Translations under genes and position numbers: made by a program
Notes under the pieces: generated by a model
The model's input: the letters and a program-made list of their open reading frames with translations, nothing else
Told to the model about the DNA's origin: nothing
Database searches by the model: none
Part shown: in pieces, positions 9,909-21,611 of the stretch
How positions within the stretch are numbered: position 1 is the stretch's first letter
Layout of the letters: each line of letters opens with the position of its first letter
DNA from: Vezdaea acicularis
Taxonomy: Eukaryota
Assembly (NCBI GenBank): GCA_026025075.1
Contig: JAPEUI010000123.1
Span: forward strand, 1-47,040
Direction of reading: 5' to 3'
Length of the DNA: 47,040 nt

Positions 9909-12900
9909 CTACTTCTTGCCTTTTCCCTTACCCTTCCCAGCATTACTTGAGGTTGTTGAGACAACACTTTCAGCGCGAGAGGTATTGACGGAGGTGGCTT
10001 TACTTGCTGCTGTGGACTTGACATTGTCGAGCTGCTTGTTCTGCCCAAAAATTCAGTATGTAGGCTACGAGGAGTATTAAAGAGAATTAAAAACCTTTAC
10101 TCCATTCTTAGCCTTCTTCTTAGCAGGGCCGATATCACCATCTTCTTCCTCTTCGTCTTCGCGCTCGCGACCCCGACCTTTGCCAGTACCATTGCCATTG
10201 ACAGCCTTTGGCTCAGGCTCAAATTCTCGCGCCACAGTCGTGAGTAGAGTGTTGCATCGTCTTCCAATCTCAACGGGCGTACGTGAGAGGAAAAACCAGT
10301 CGAAACGAAATAGAGGCGACTCGCGGATCTCATCACGAATAGTATCATAAATACCCTCCGCGTCTACGCCCAATTTATCGAGGCAGACCAAAAGGAAACG
10401 ATCCTCTTCTTCCGTGTAGACTTTCTTATTCGTCGTCGATACAGAATAGTTGATTTTGAGCTGCTGAAGGGGCACGCGATACATCTCCATTTTCTTCCTT
10501 AGCATCTTGCGCTGGTGGTTGATTTTCCTTGCTTTGTCTTCCCCGTTCAAGATGATCTGGAGGTATTTCGGGTAATCTGCAATCTCGCTGTACCTTTGCC
10601 AGAAGACCCTAGCGTACTCTTTGACTTCTTTTTCATCCTTGCTGTCCACCTCCTCGGCGATGTCTTTATAATTATTACGCCCATACCGAGCAGAACCGTT
10701 GATGAACTGCTGGAAGTCCCGACGGTTCCAGTTGGGAAAGCCTTCTTCAGCAAGACGAGCCTTCTCGGATCGTTCGAAATCATTGAGGGGTGTGGCAGTA
10801 TCTATTTCCTGCTGTTCAAGAGCACGTTCAGCTTCTCGATCAGACGCATCGTCCTCAGTACCATCTCCAAGAGGGACCTTGTATCCAATCTCTTTACGAA
10901 AGTAAGCAGTTTCGCGGTCTTGTAGGTCTGCGAGCTGAGGAGGGAAGAATTGGTAGTCATGGATGGCGATTTGTTTTGGCGCTCGAGGGGCTTTAGGCTT
11001 CGTGTCTGCGGTACGCCCACCTGTTTGCAAAGCTTGGCGATAGTATTTATCCATAGAGTAGGATTGCTCTTTTCGTTCTCGCTTTGCTGGGTTGATCCAA
11101 TTGATTCCAATCTCCTGCTTCTTGCTTGTGAAATCTGTACCGTTCCATTCATACGCATTTTCCGAGGTGAACTTCTGTAGGTCGTCAATACCGAGCTTCT
11201 CATATCGAGCGTTGAGCTCGGCTGTCCGCTGCTCGCCATGTTTGAAGATTTCGTCAATGTCGTCCTCCGTCAAGTCAGGCTTACTAGCTAATGCGCCAGT
11301 AGCACCTTTCGTTTGGAAAACTTTCTCAGCCCCATGCTGAATCATGTTGAGGAGCTCGTCCTTTGAAGCTGCGGCTTTTGCTTGCTGTTGTGCGCGGCCC
11401 TGTTGAATGACAAGCTGGTCGAGGCGAAGCTTTTGGGCAGCACGCTCAAGGACCTTTTCTTCGATCGCATTCTCGGTAACAAAACGATACACCACTACCT
11501 GTTTCGTTTGACCAATGCGATGAGCACGGTCCATCGCTTGGAGATCCGCTTGAGGATTCCAATCACTATCGTAGAGTACAACGATGTCGGCGCTCGTTAG
11601 GTTAATACCAAGGCCACCAGCTCGAGTAGTCAAAAGAAAAACGAACTTTTCTGAGCCTGGTTTGTTGTACTCATCAATCGCCGATATCCGATCCTCGTGA
11701 GCAGTCGACCCGTCAATGCGACAATATTTGTACTCTCGGAATACGCAATAGTCCTCCATGATATCAAGCAAACGACTCATTTGGGAGAATATCAAAACGC
11801 GACTGCCTTGCTTCTTCATCCGAGCCAACAATTTATCCAGCATGACCATCTTTCCTGCATTTTGAACCAGGTGTTCGTCGGTCGTATATGGTGGCCCAGG
11901 CTCCGCTCCTTCGAATAGGTAAGGATGGTTGCAGCATTTTCGGAGCTGCATGACAATATTAAGAAGCCTTGTCTTCGATTCGCGCTTTCCAGCAGCACCG
12001 TTGACCGCGTCAATGTCTTTTTCCAGAATTTTCTGATACCATTTGACCTGCATGTCCGACATACCAATATAAAGATTCACCTCTTTCTTTGGAAGGAGAG
12101 ACTTCTCGACGTCGCTCTTCACTCGACGAAGAAGGAATGGTCGAAGAACACGGTGTAATTGTTGAACGACTTTGTCTTGGTCTGCCTCCTGTCCAGAGAA
12201 CCATTGGTCAAATGCATCTGAGTCACCGAAGACGTCGGGAAGTAGGAAATTCAGCAAAGCCCAGAGTTCGTGGAGGTTATTTTGCAGTGGCGTTCCAGTA
12301 ATCAGGAGTCGGTTCCGGGAGCTGAAGAGGCGGATAATTTGAGCAAGGGATGATTCTTCATTCTTGATACGGTGTGCTTCATCGACAATGATATACTCCC
12401 ACGCGAACTTCTTCAAGTGAGACTTTTCTTTTAGGATCATCTCATAGCTTGTGATGCAGACATCGAACTTCTCATCCACAAGCCGTTCGTTGATTAGTTC
12501 GTGTCGGGCATCCTTCGCGCCTTGCAGAACAAGGACGTTGACCTCAGGAGTCCACATAGCAAATTCTCGATTCCAATTGTCCAAGGTTGATTTTGGAACA
12601 GTGATAAGATGTGGCCCTTTTATACCGCACGAATGTCTCAAAAATCCGAGGAAAGCAATGGTCTGTAGCGTCTTCCCGAGCCCCATCTCATCTGCTAAGA
12701 TACCCGAGATGCCATTTTCGTGTAAAGAGATGAGCCAATTGAGGCCAGCAACTTGGTAATCACGCATCGTTCCACCCTTTATGAAAGGCGGAGACTCTCG
12801 GAAAATAGTTTCTGTCTTGCCGCCTCGCTTTCCATCCCTTAAAAGCTCTGCGTCTTCTTCTTGCTCTGTTCGTCGACGTCTCTCTACAGCAGCCCCGCCA

Positions 12901-13709
12901 GCACGAGCTGCGCTCTTTTTTGCCCTCGCTTTCTCTTCCTCATTTTGCTGGTCGATCTGGGCCATTATCTCTTTGATGCGAGGGTTTGGGTTAGTCTCGA
13001 TGAAATGTCGGAATAGATCGGTCAAGCCAAGCAGGTAACGAAATCTTCGAATCGAATCATCTTCCTATAAATCCAAATCAGCACACGCTGTTTCCAGAAA
13101 GCTTAATGCGGTTGCATCGGCTCATACTTTCGACTCGTCCAGACGATTATGTTTCTTGCCAAAAACACTTTTGCGAAGCGCACTAGCCTCTGATCTCCGT
13201 TTTCGACCATCTGAAGGTTGGGCGTCGCCAGCAACGCTGCTTGCCGTGGTATTCGGGTTTGTATCAGAGTCCTAGAGGATCAGCTTAGAACAAATTTGAA
13301 CCTTCACTAAATTAATCTCTACTCACAGTATAATCTGGAGTGTCCTGATAGAACTGTATTAGCATTGTATAATATTCTAGGTTAGTGGGGTGGATAGAAT
13401 GCAAGCGTGTAGGCGATTTCTAGGTGCCGGCTTGGCGTAAAAGGCAAGGGATGGAATCGATGTAATTGCACAAAGGGAGTCGTGAAGGGATGATGTGTAT
13501 TTGTGAAGGATTGCGCGGTAATTGATTTGAAGGATATGCACCAAGATCGAGACGACGTAGGGAGGCACATATGCTATACTCACAATCATGCTATCATCAA
13601 CTTCTATTCGCGTAGGAGCGTCATGAATATCCTCCATGGACGTGTCAGAGGCCGAAGCTTCCCATGCTGATGGATCAGGGTTGCCCGGCGGAGCACGTGA
13701 AGGCGCCAT
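9909..13709 (-). CDS. ISW2: ISWI chromatin-remodelling ATPase (about 1129 aa)
   Basis: Exons 13709-13584, 13344-13327 (18-nt microexon), 13271-13128, 13064-10095, 10040-9909 (3390 nt). SNF2 motifs [16 protein letters not shown] and [11 protein letters not shown], with a HAND-SANT-SLIDE C-terminus. Confidence 0.95.
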
Positions 13710-14427
13710 TGTCAAGCCTTGCTGTCTCTATTTAAGGGCGAGTCCTTTGGAGTCGAGGAACTTTTGATATTGATACTAGAATGTGCAAAGATTGTTTTTA
13801 TATGGAACACTGGACTCAGCCAGAGGACGTGAATCAGGCCAGGTCGGCGTGGTGGGTCAGCCGGTCAAAGATGTGGCATGTCGTGAAGAGTTTTGTGGTT
13901 TTGGGAAAGAGGCGGTAGGTCAAGAGTCCTACCACCTCTTTTCCTAAACAGCTGTTGGCGGGTTCTCGCGTCTCGTCCTGCTCGCGTAAGGGAACCGCGG
14001 CCAAGCTTTCGAGAGCTTTCTTGGGGTTAGAGACTTGCGCTATGTGATAATCACACCTCCCGTAGCGCCTTGCTTCCACACATGTATGAACACGATACCG
14101 AGTGGTCATTCACCTCAGTCCTTAGCAATCACCAGGTCTATGAATGTCAACCATGGGCCTGTCATGCTTGCCATTCTAAGAAGCTGCAAACACACTCTCT
14201 GAGCCTTCTAACTCTCACGGCCGTATAAATCTTACGGCTCTACCTTATCTTTCTCATTTTGACTTTAGTCAGAGGGGAGGGGTCTGTAGAAGCCCTCGGC
14301 AGACCTCGAACTCATTTCAATCAGAACTATCCTCCTGAGTCTTGGACGTGCTTCCAACCACTCCTCAAATTGGTAGACACACCGATAGCAGGGCCTGGAG
14401 ATAAGACCACAAGAACAGGATCAGAAA

Positions 14428-15342
14428 ATGGACTCAATGCGATCGCTCAATACCTCCCTTCCAACTGCTACTGCCTCGCCTCGATCCCAGCAAGTTCAGC
14501 CTAACTCAACCTCGTCCAATAATAATAACACTTCAAGCGATCCTCCTTCACAAATTCTTCCTGGTTTCAAGGCTGCAGCTCTTGCTCTAACGAACTTGTA
14601 CAAAACTGCTCAGTCAGAGCAGGTTCGATCTCGACAGAACGGGTATCAAGACGCTCTTGACGATCTTCTGGGTTTCTTGGACCAGGAGAACCTGGGGCTC
14701 GATGATGGAGAAGGTTGGAGGGTGCGGCAGTGGGCCACAGAGAGACTAGATGGCGGAGAAGGGACAAACGGCCAAGGGGCTGGCGATAGCGATGAAGAAC
14801 GAGCTGATACGGACAAAAGAGACCGAAGTCAATCACCTGTGATGAATCACAAAAATAACCCATCAGAAAACAGAGAATCATACAACCCTACATCACCTCA
14901 ACGGACAACTTCGGCTCCACCCACTTCTTATGTCCCAGCCCAGAACCCTAACATAGTAACGTCAGCCGAAGTCTTTACCTTCCAATCACCAATTTCATTC
15001 CCTCAAAATCAAGATCTCGAAATGGACACTTCAGTTAATATTGACACCATTAATAACTGGGCACGGACCCCCTTAGAGACCCAGACCCGGAGTGCCGCAC
15101 ACACGGCGGGCCCAGGAGCTCCAGCGGTCGCGTTAGGAGTTGTGGGCCGGCCGGCCCGTCTAACAAATAGACACACTAGTAGCTCCGTCACTAGGAGGAG
15201 TTCACGCACAGCAGGTACTCTTGGCAATGGAGCTGGGAATAAACGAAAAGTACCATTCGGCGAATTCTTCGATATTAGCGGACTTGGTATCGGGAAAGAC
15301 AATCTAGGAGGAGGCAGTAGCAAGAGATCAAAGCATACATGA
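14428..15342 (+). CDS. Conserved fungal protein, possibly HAPSTR1/C16orf72-like (304 aa)
   Basis: Intronless ORF with helical core FKAAALALTNLYKTA...GYQDALDDLLGFL...VRQWATERL, a disordered middle and a basic C-terminal NLS-like KRK...KRSK. Confidence 0.75.
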   Translation: MDSMRSLNTSLPTATASPRSQQVQPNSTSSNNNNTSSDPPSQILPGFKAAALALTNLYKTAQSEQVRSRQNGYQDALDDLLGFLDQENLGLDDGEGWRVRQWATERLDGGEGTNGQGAGDSDEERADTDKRDRSQSPVMNHKNNPSENRESYNPTSPQRTTSAPPTSYVPAQNPNIVTSAEVFTFQSPISFPQNQDLEMDTSVNIDTINNWARTPLETQTRSAAHTAGPGAPAVALGVVGRPARLTNRHTSSSVTRRSSRTAGTLGNGAGNKRKVPFGEFFDISGLGIGKDNLGGGSSKRSKHT

Positions 15343-16359
15343 GCGAGAATATATGCCCGAATTCCGCTTCAAAGTCCCAGGGCTTAGAGGAGCGAAGCTA
15401 TTATATAGGCCAACCCTGATTTTATATATTTCGCCTTGCAACCCATTAACGCAATCGCATAGCGCATGGAGCATTTCGTCTTTGTTTTTACTCTCAGCAT
15501 GGATAGCAAAGGAGGTTCGACATAGAAGCGGCGAATGGCTTGCTTTTGCAATAGAAGGGGAGAGATTTCTGGACTTTGTTAGGCCAAATCTTGTGGCCTA
15601 GATCTGCACATAAATGGGTTGGACTAGCACGGATCGGGGCACTCGGGGTCCAATAGGGAAGACCCATATACCATGCAAAGCCCTTAGGTTCACAAGTCAT
15701 CGTGTTTATCTTTGCCTCCATCGTCTTGTGACCGAAATTGTTGTATTCGACACGCTCCCTTAGATGCCCCAATCCTGCCAAAGTTCAATTGATGAGCCGA
15801 TAAAGTCCCATACCAACTAATGTTATCGCTATTCCGTTTATGCCAGCTTGCCTTGATCTCAAACCAAAGAATGACTTGCTCTTCAAGATGGCGGCCTCTT
15901 GTTGCCGGAGTTGATGTCGACCGGAGACGTAGCTGTATATACCCAATCCGACGAAAGCGCTCGAGCCTTGGATACTAGAGCATTAGCGGGAGTACACGGC
16001 CAAGAAGGCTTAAGTTATACCGACCAATTATTCTGCATGGCATACAGTCAAGGTTAGCATCCTTGATGGCGTCAGACAACTTCCCCTCCGCAGGCTCTAG
16101 TTCAGAAAAGTTTGGCGAGGGCTGTTTCCGAGCTTCTCTCGACATGCTGGGCGGTGGCTAAGTTGGCCTACTCCTAAGTTTGAGTTAATGGAGATTCTGG
16201 GCGAAACCTCCAGAAAGCGCAACCGGACGTCCGAGTAAAGTCGGGGAGTTAAGCTCTCTGATTGGCTGTGCGGAAGCTTCCGACCCTCGTAACCCTCCAA
16301 TGCTGCGGTATTGACTCTTCCCACATGTAATGGGCAAGGAATAAGCCCCAAATGTAACA

Positions 16360-18046
16360 ATGGGCGGAGGAATCGAAGCGCTTTATATTTTCGACCAGCA
16401 AAAGCTTGTCTCTCTTACCCTTAGAAGAGATTATCAACTAACATAACTCCAGGAACCCAATCCTCCAACATACGTATCGTTCTCGCCCCTCCCCGGCCAC
16501 TGTTCTACTACCCCTTTATTTGGCTCATGCGGAACCCCGCCCGTCTCTGATATACCTTCCAAATACCGCAATCCCAACATTATTATTCTCTCTGGTCCAT
16601 TCGAACCTACTGTTCCTTTGTCCTACTTCCGAGGACACGGAGCCTCTTCTCGTTCTCGAATTCTTGCACCGAGTCGTTGATATCTTTGAAGAGTTCCTAG
16701 GTGCTCCATTGCTTGCAAGTAAGATAGAGAATGGATACGATATTGTGGCTCAGCTGCTAGGCGAAATGTGCGATGCTGGAGCTATTAGCAATACCGAGTC
16801 GAACGCGCTACGGGAGGTGGTTGACGTACCGGGATGGGTCAATAAGCTACTAGGAAATGTGGGTTTGCCAGGATCTTCGTTAAACCCAAGCCCAGGGTCC
16901 ATCTCTTCACTTCAGAACCCGACTCTGCAACTGCAGAATTCAGGTCCTTCAGTACCTTGGCGTCGTCCGAATGTCCGGCACACCTCGAACGAAATGTACG
17001 TGGATGTCATCGAGAACCTGTCGGTTACATTAGCCCCTTCAGGGCGGCCCTTGTCCGCCTTTGCTTATGGCAGCATTGCATTTAATTGTAAACTTTCTGG
17101 AGTTCCGGACCTCCTCCTCACTCTCACCGCAGCTGGAGGGAGATCAACTATAGAGCAGGCACTAGAGCTGCCTGTGTTCCACCCATGCGTTAGGCTGGCA
17201 AGGTGGCGGGAAAAGCCAGGTGAATTGAGCTTCATACCTCCCGATGGCCGATTTGTACTTGCAGGCTACGAAGTTGACCTACTGCCTTTTACATCCGGCA
17301 AATCGTCTTTGACGACTTCTAATTTGCATTTACCAGTCTCTGTTGATGTGAAAACGTCGCTCGGCTCAGAAGGCGCAGATTTTGAGGTACGCCTTCAGCT
17401 AGCAATGAACTTCTCTGGCACTGTCACACCGCCGTTGTCGAACACAGTTAGAGGAGGTCTTGGGTCACGTTTGGGTAACTCATCACCTGCATTTGGAGGT
17501 ACATCAAACCAACCTGTACTTGAAGATGTAGTAGTATCCATATCTATACCAGGCAACGTTCGCAATGTTGCTGAGATACGAGCTAGTCGAGGTGATGCAC
17601 ATTACTCGCCGGGAGACAACACAATTGAATGGCGTATGCCCACTAAAGATTCTGCTATCAACGTTAAGGGAGGTCAGGCTTTGCTTCGCGGCACAGTCGT
17701 AGGTGCTAAAGACCATGAGGAGGAGCAATTAGACGGGCTTGGGGTTGGAAGCTCATTTCAAGAATACGACGAAGGCGGGTATCAAACGGCAACGCAGGCA
17801 TCGAGACAAATGTCAGTGGACGAACCGGTATCTCGGAACGTGCGGAAGGTACAGCGCAACGCTGCTTTGATGCCATCATCAGCTACGGTCTCGTTCGCTA
17901 TCAAAGGCTGGCTTGCAAGTGGCATCAGAATCGATAGTCTCAACATCAATACACGTCAGAGCAAAGGCCTTGGTGATACCGTCAAGCCCTACAAAGGAGT
18001 CAAATATCTTACAGTCAGCCGAAATGGCGTAGAGATTCGCTGTTGA
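16360..18046 (+). CDS. Adaptor complex medium subunit, AP-3 mu type (545 aa)
   Basis: Exon 1 16360-16403 (MGGGIEALYIFDQQ), GC-AG intron 16404-16452, exon 2 16453-18046. Longin domain EPLLVLEFLHRVVD, VPWRR...NEMYVDV, FHPCVRL, LSFIPPDGRFVL and KPYKGVKY. Confidence 0.9.
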
Positions 18047-18862
18047 GGCAAGGTTCCTCCGATGCGAAGTGCTTGTGTTTAAGCTTTCAAATGATGCGCG
18101 AGGTATGTGCACCCGGAGAAGCCAATCGCTTCTAGTATTTACTGTAAGTATTCGATCCTATCTTGGTTCATGGACATCAAAGCTAATGAGATTGGCCTTC
18201 TCAGGTAAAGGCACATCCTCATCGCCCAATCTTGATCTGAACTAAAGGAATCAAAAACGGAGACGTCAGTAAGGGAACATGCAACGCGTCAAGTAAATCT
18301 GAGAGAACAAGCATCCAAAGCTCTGGATGGGCTGCTCCACATGCAAGCTTCCTAGTGAGGGCTTCTGTGGCTAGTTTGGCGTTGCACGGCTTAACTTAGG
18401 AAAGCTTCTACATTGCGAGTGATAGCGTCCTTATCCTGATAGAACGCAGCACTGCGATGGAATTCCAATGGCCCACGAACAAGGGGGCAATCTATAAACC
18501 ATGTAGACAGAGCGCTAGTATGGTTAAGCTCGAAAGGTGTTAGCTTATTCTAAGGAAGTACAAAATAGACTTCACCAACCTTTGATACCTCAAATGCCAC
18601 AATCATCTAAATCCAATAATTATTCTCAACAACCTCGTATGAAGAGGACAGTAAATCCCAATGTAACCTTCAGCACCCCTATCTGAACTTTCCTCTAAGG
18701 GTCAGTTTACGCGGTCCAAGTTTCTTTGCGAGCGATCCGAAGCACCAAGCAGCGTCACCCTAGATGTCCCAATGGCCAATTAGACTGGGCATTCCAGTAC
18801 AAAGAATCCTGCACGAGCTCTCAGAACGCTCAAATACTCAGCTTCATGTGCTTCACACGAGA

Positions 18863-20106
18863 ATGGAAAGGCCGCGCCGGTTTGCACCATTGAATCCAGA
18901 TTCAAAATCAAAGGGAGACGCTCCTACGCTTAAAGGGATCGTTTTCGATGTTGATGGCACTCTGTGGTAAGTACTATATAATTTCTACTTAACACTACCT
19001 TCAACAACTTATTCCGATAATTTGATATGCTCTCCGTGCGCGGTTCATTTCCTCTTCGTCCTATGCGCAAGGCCAAATTCCAAAAGACGACACTCCATTC
19101 TACTTCAACCACTTCAGTTTGGAGCTGGATTTCAAACGTTGATCGCTCTCATATCTTACTATCATGAAATTTTGGATGGCTAAATTCAAAATGATGCCCT
19201 GTTTTTTTTCTTTGCACATCGTCACGCCTTACCACTTAACCCTACGCAATTGAAACCACGGCAGGATGTGCCTGGACTGATATCTTTGACCCTAGCGAAC
19301 CGCAAACCTACATGTTTGGTGAAATGAGGTATGCTCAACTAGCCCAGTCTTCTTGTACAAACCTCAGACCCGGCCAGAGCAGCCCTAGGCATCTCCAAAA
19401 GTGTTGATATACTCGAGCACATTGATTCACTTCCTATGGATGATCAACTGAAGGCAATGGATGCTATCCGCGCTATCGAGAGTCGCGCCATGCTGAAGCA
19501 AACTCCTCAGCCTGGCCTCGAAGAGCTAATGACCTACCTCGAAAAGAGGGGGATGCGAAAAGCTCTGTGTACGAGAAATTTCGAGTTTGTGAACCATCCA
19601 CCTGGGACCCCATGGGCCAGTGGACATTTGTACTGATGACTTGAAGTGGGCCGGTGAACCATCTCTTGAATAAGTTCCTACCGGATAAGAAGTTTGATCC
19701 GATCATTACTAGAGAGTTTCGACCGCCGAAGCCAGATCCGGCGGGTATCCTGAAAATTGCAGATGCGTGGGGCTTGGAGGATGGAGGCAACAGTTTAATC
19801 ATGGTACCCCCCCCCGCCCCCCGGGGAGCCTTTTCCTTTGGGGGGTGCAATAAGACTAATAAGGCATCTCTGAAATAGATTGGCGATAGTGTTGACGATA
19901 TGACCGCTGGCAACCGCGCTGGTGCAGTGACCGTTCTTCTTGTCAATGATGTAAATACCCATTTTAGAGCACACGCGCACACGGATTTATGCATAACAAA
20001 GTAAGCCTGCCCTTCTAGATAGCTCGATGATCATTCATTAACGCTAAGTAGGCTTAATGAAGTGATCCCGTTACTTGAAGAAGGTTTTGTAGGCCGAGAA
20101 GAATGA
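18863..20106 (+). CDS. HAD-superfamily hydrolase, YOR131C-like (about 225 aa; possible longer start at 18764)
   Basis: Exons 18863-18966, 19296-19328, 19378-19584, 19647-19803, 19879-20000, 20052-20106 (678 nt). Motif I FDVDGTL, CTRN, PKPDPAGI and motif IV IGDSVDD. Confidence 0.9.
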
Positions 20107-20382
20107 GCTTGGCGCTTTTCGCCAGATATTAGAAGGTAGATGATTGGGTTCAAATAGATTATAGGTTAAATTATTGGGAATTGAGTAGATTCTTCTTTCA
20201 ATCCACTATATTGCGCAGATACTCAGGGAGTATCTCTGCAGCATCACGAGCGAATAGTTTTTTGCTCTCTAGATCTTATATGCTCTATATACAACAAACC
20301 CGAGAACTCCAGGATAATGCAAAACATCCGACTCCGTGCTATGAAAGTTTGATGTTATAGACAGGTATGTCTAGACCGATGG

Positions 20383-21611
20383 TTACCGCCTTACTCGAAC
20401 GGTTTCACGTGCGCGAGTCCTTCCGCTCTCCGGAGCCTGTATTGATAATTCAGGGGTGGCAGCCAAGACCTTCCCGATTTCAGCAGCCCCATCGACCAAT
20501 AAGCCGGCCGCTGTTCTCTCCTCCTCCTCAAGGGCACGTTGTGCTCGCTTGAACTCTAGCTCCTCTTGCCGCTCGGGTGTTATCTTCCAATGTTCTGGAA
20601 ACTGGATTTTTCGTTTGAAGGTATGGTGGCGAAAGTCGAAAGGAATGTCAGCGAATGTATCTGTTGAGTCCTATGAAGCATGGATTTAGTGTAAAGATCA
20701 AGACTATGCTGCACTTGTAGAATACGTACCCGCGCTTCTGCGAGAAGTTTGTCAACAATATCACCTAGATATCGCTTATTCTGGGCCTGGGTATCGAACA
20801 TTTCGCAGCTCATTTTCACGACATCTGTTTCTGGGTTATACCGTGGACCAACAAGCTTTATCAGCTTATCCCGCTGCTCTTTCGTCAAGCCCGGCATATC
20901 AGATGTGCAGAATTGCAGCACTACTTTGTTTTCTGCGGGATGCTTTTCGCCCATATAAGTAGTGTATCGAAAACGCAACACCTCATCTACGGCTGGGGGT
21001 TCGAATGGCTTTGCGAGCGCTGAGAAAGGTGTTGTTAGCAGTGGAACTGGAGATTTGATAGATAAGACTATACTAGAGAGTAGCGGCATCTCCCAAGCAG
21101 CAAGCCTAGCATACTGCCTCATCTCCCGATGCTGATCCAACTCCGCGTGTGCTAATGGTGTTATGTCGTCGCCTTCTACCAATGGATCTGGATCCTCAAT
21201 AGCTGATGTTGGGAATGGGTCATCAGGTTCATCGCCATCTTCAGGTAAAGCCATGAGACCTCGACCTTTCGGTAGCCGCTCGACTGGGTGATAATAACTG
21301 TTCTGCGCATGCCTCCGAGGGTCTTGAAGCATAGCTTCCAATCTAGCACGCTCTGCTGGTGTGAATATGGGCGCTGGAGTATCGGAGTCGTCTAGCTCAG
21401 CCCCTTCTGACAAGGAAGCAGATCGATGAGTCCCCGTGGAGTTCTTTGCATCCTTGTCGCCGTTGTTCGGGGCTTCTTTTGACTTGGTCTTCGATGTGTA
21501 GCTGAAGGCTCGAGGAGACCGGCCACAGTAACCTGGCGGTCTCCTGTTTGCAGGCGCCAATCGTGCGCAGGTACGCGCAGTAGAGCCTAACTTAGATAAT
21601 AATGCGACCAT
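20383..21611 (-). CDS. RSM24: Mitochondrial small ribosomal subunit protein mS35/Rsm24 (about 371 aa)
   Basis: Exons 21611-21074, 21019-20730, 20670-20383 (1116 nt). Basic presequence, YARLAAWEMPLL, LRFRYTTYMGEKHPAENKVV and DTFADIPFDFRH. Confidence 0.9.

Noticed and set aside
16335..16358. Minus-strand ACATTTGGGGCTTA resembling the RNase MRP CR-V motif
   Set aside because: No matching CR-I/P4 partner was found, and the RNA body would overlap the AP-3 mu coding sequence.
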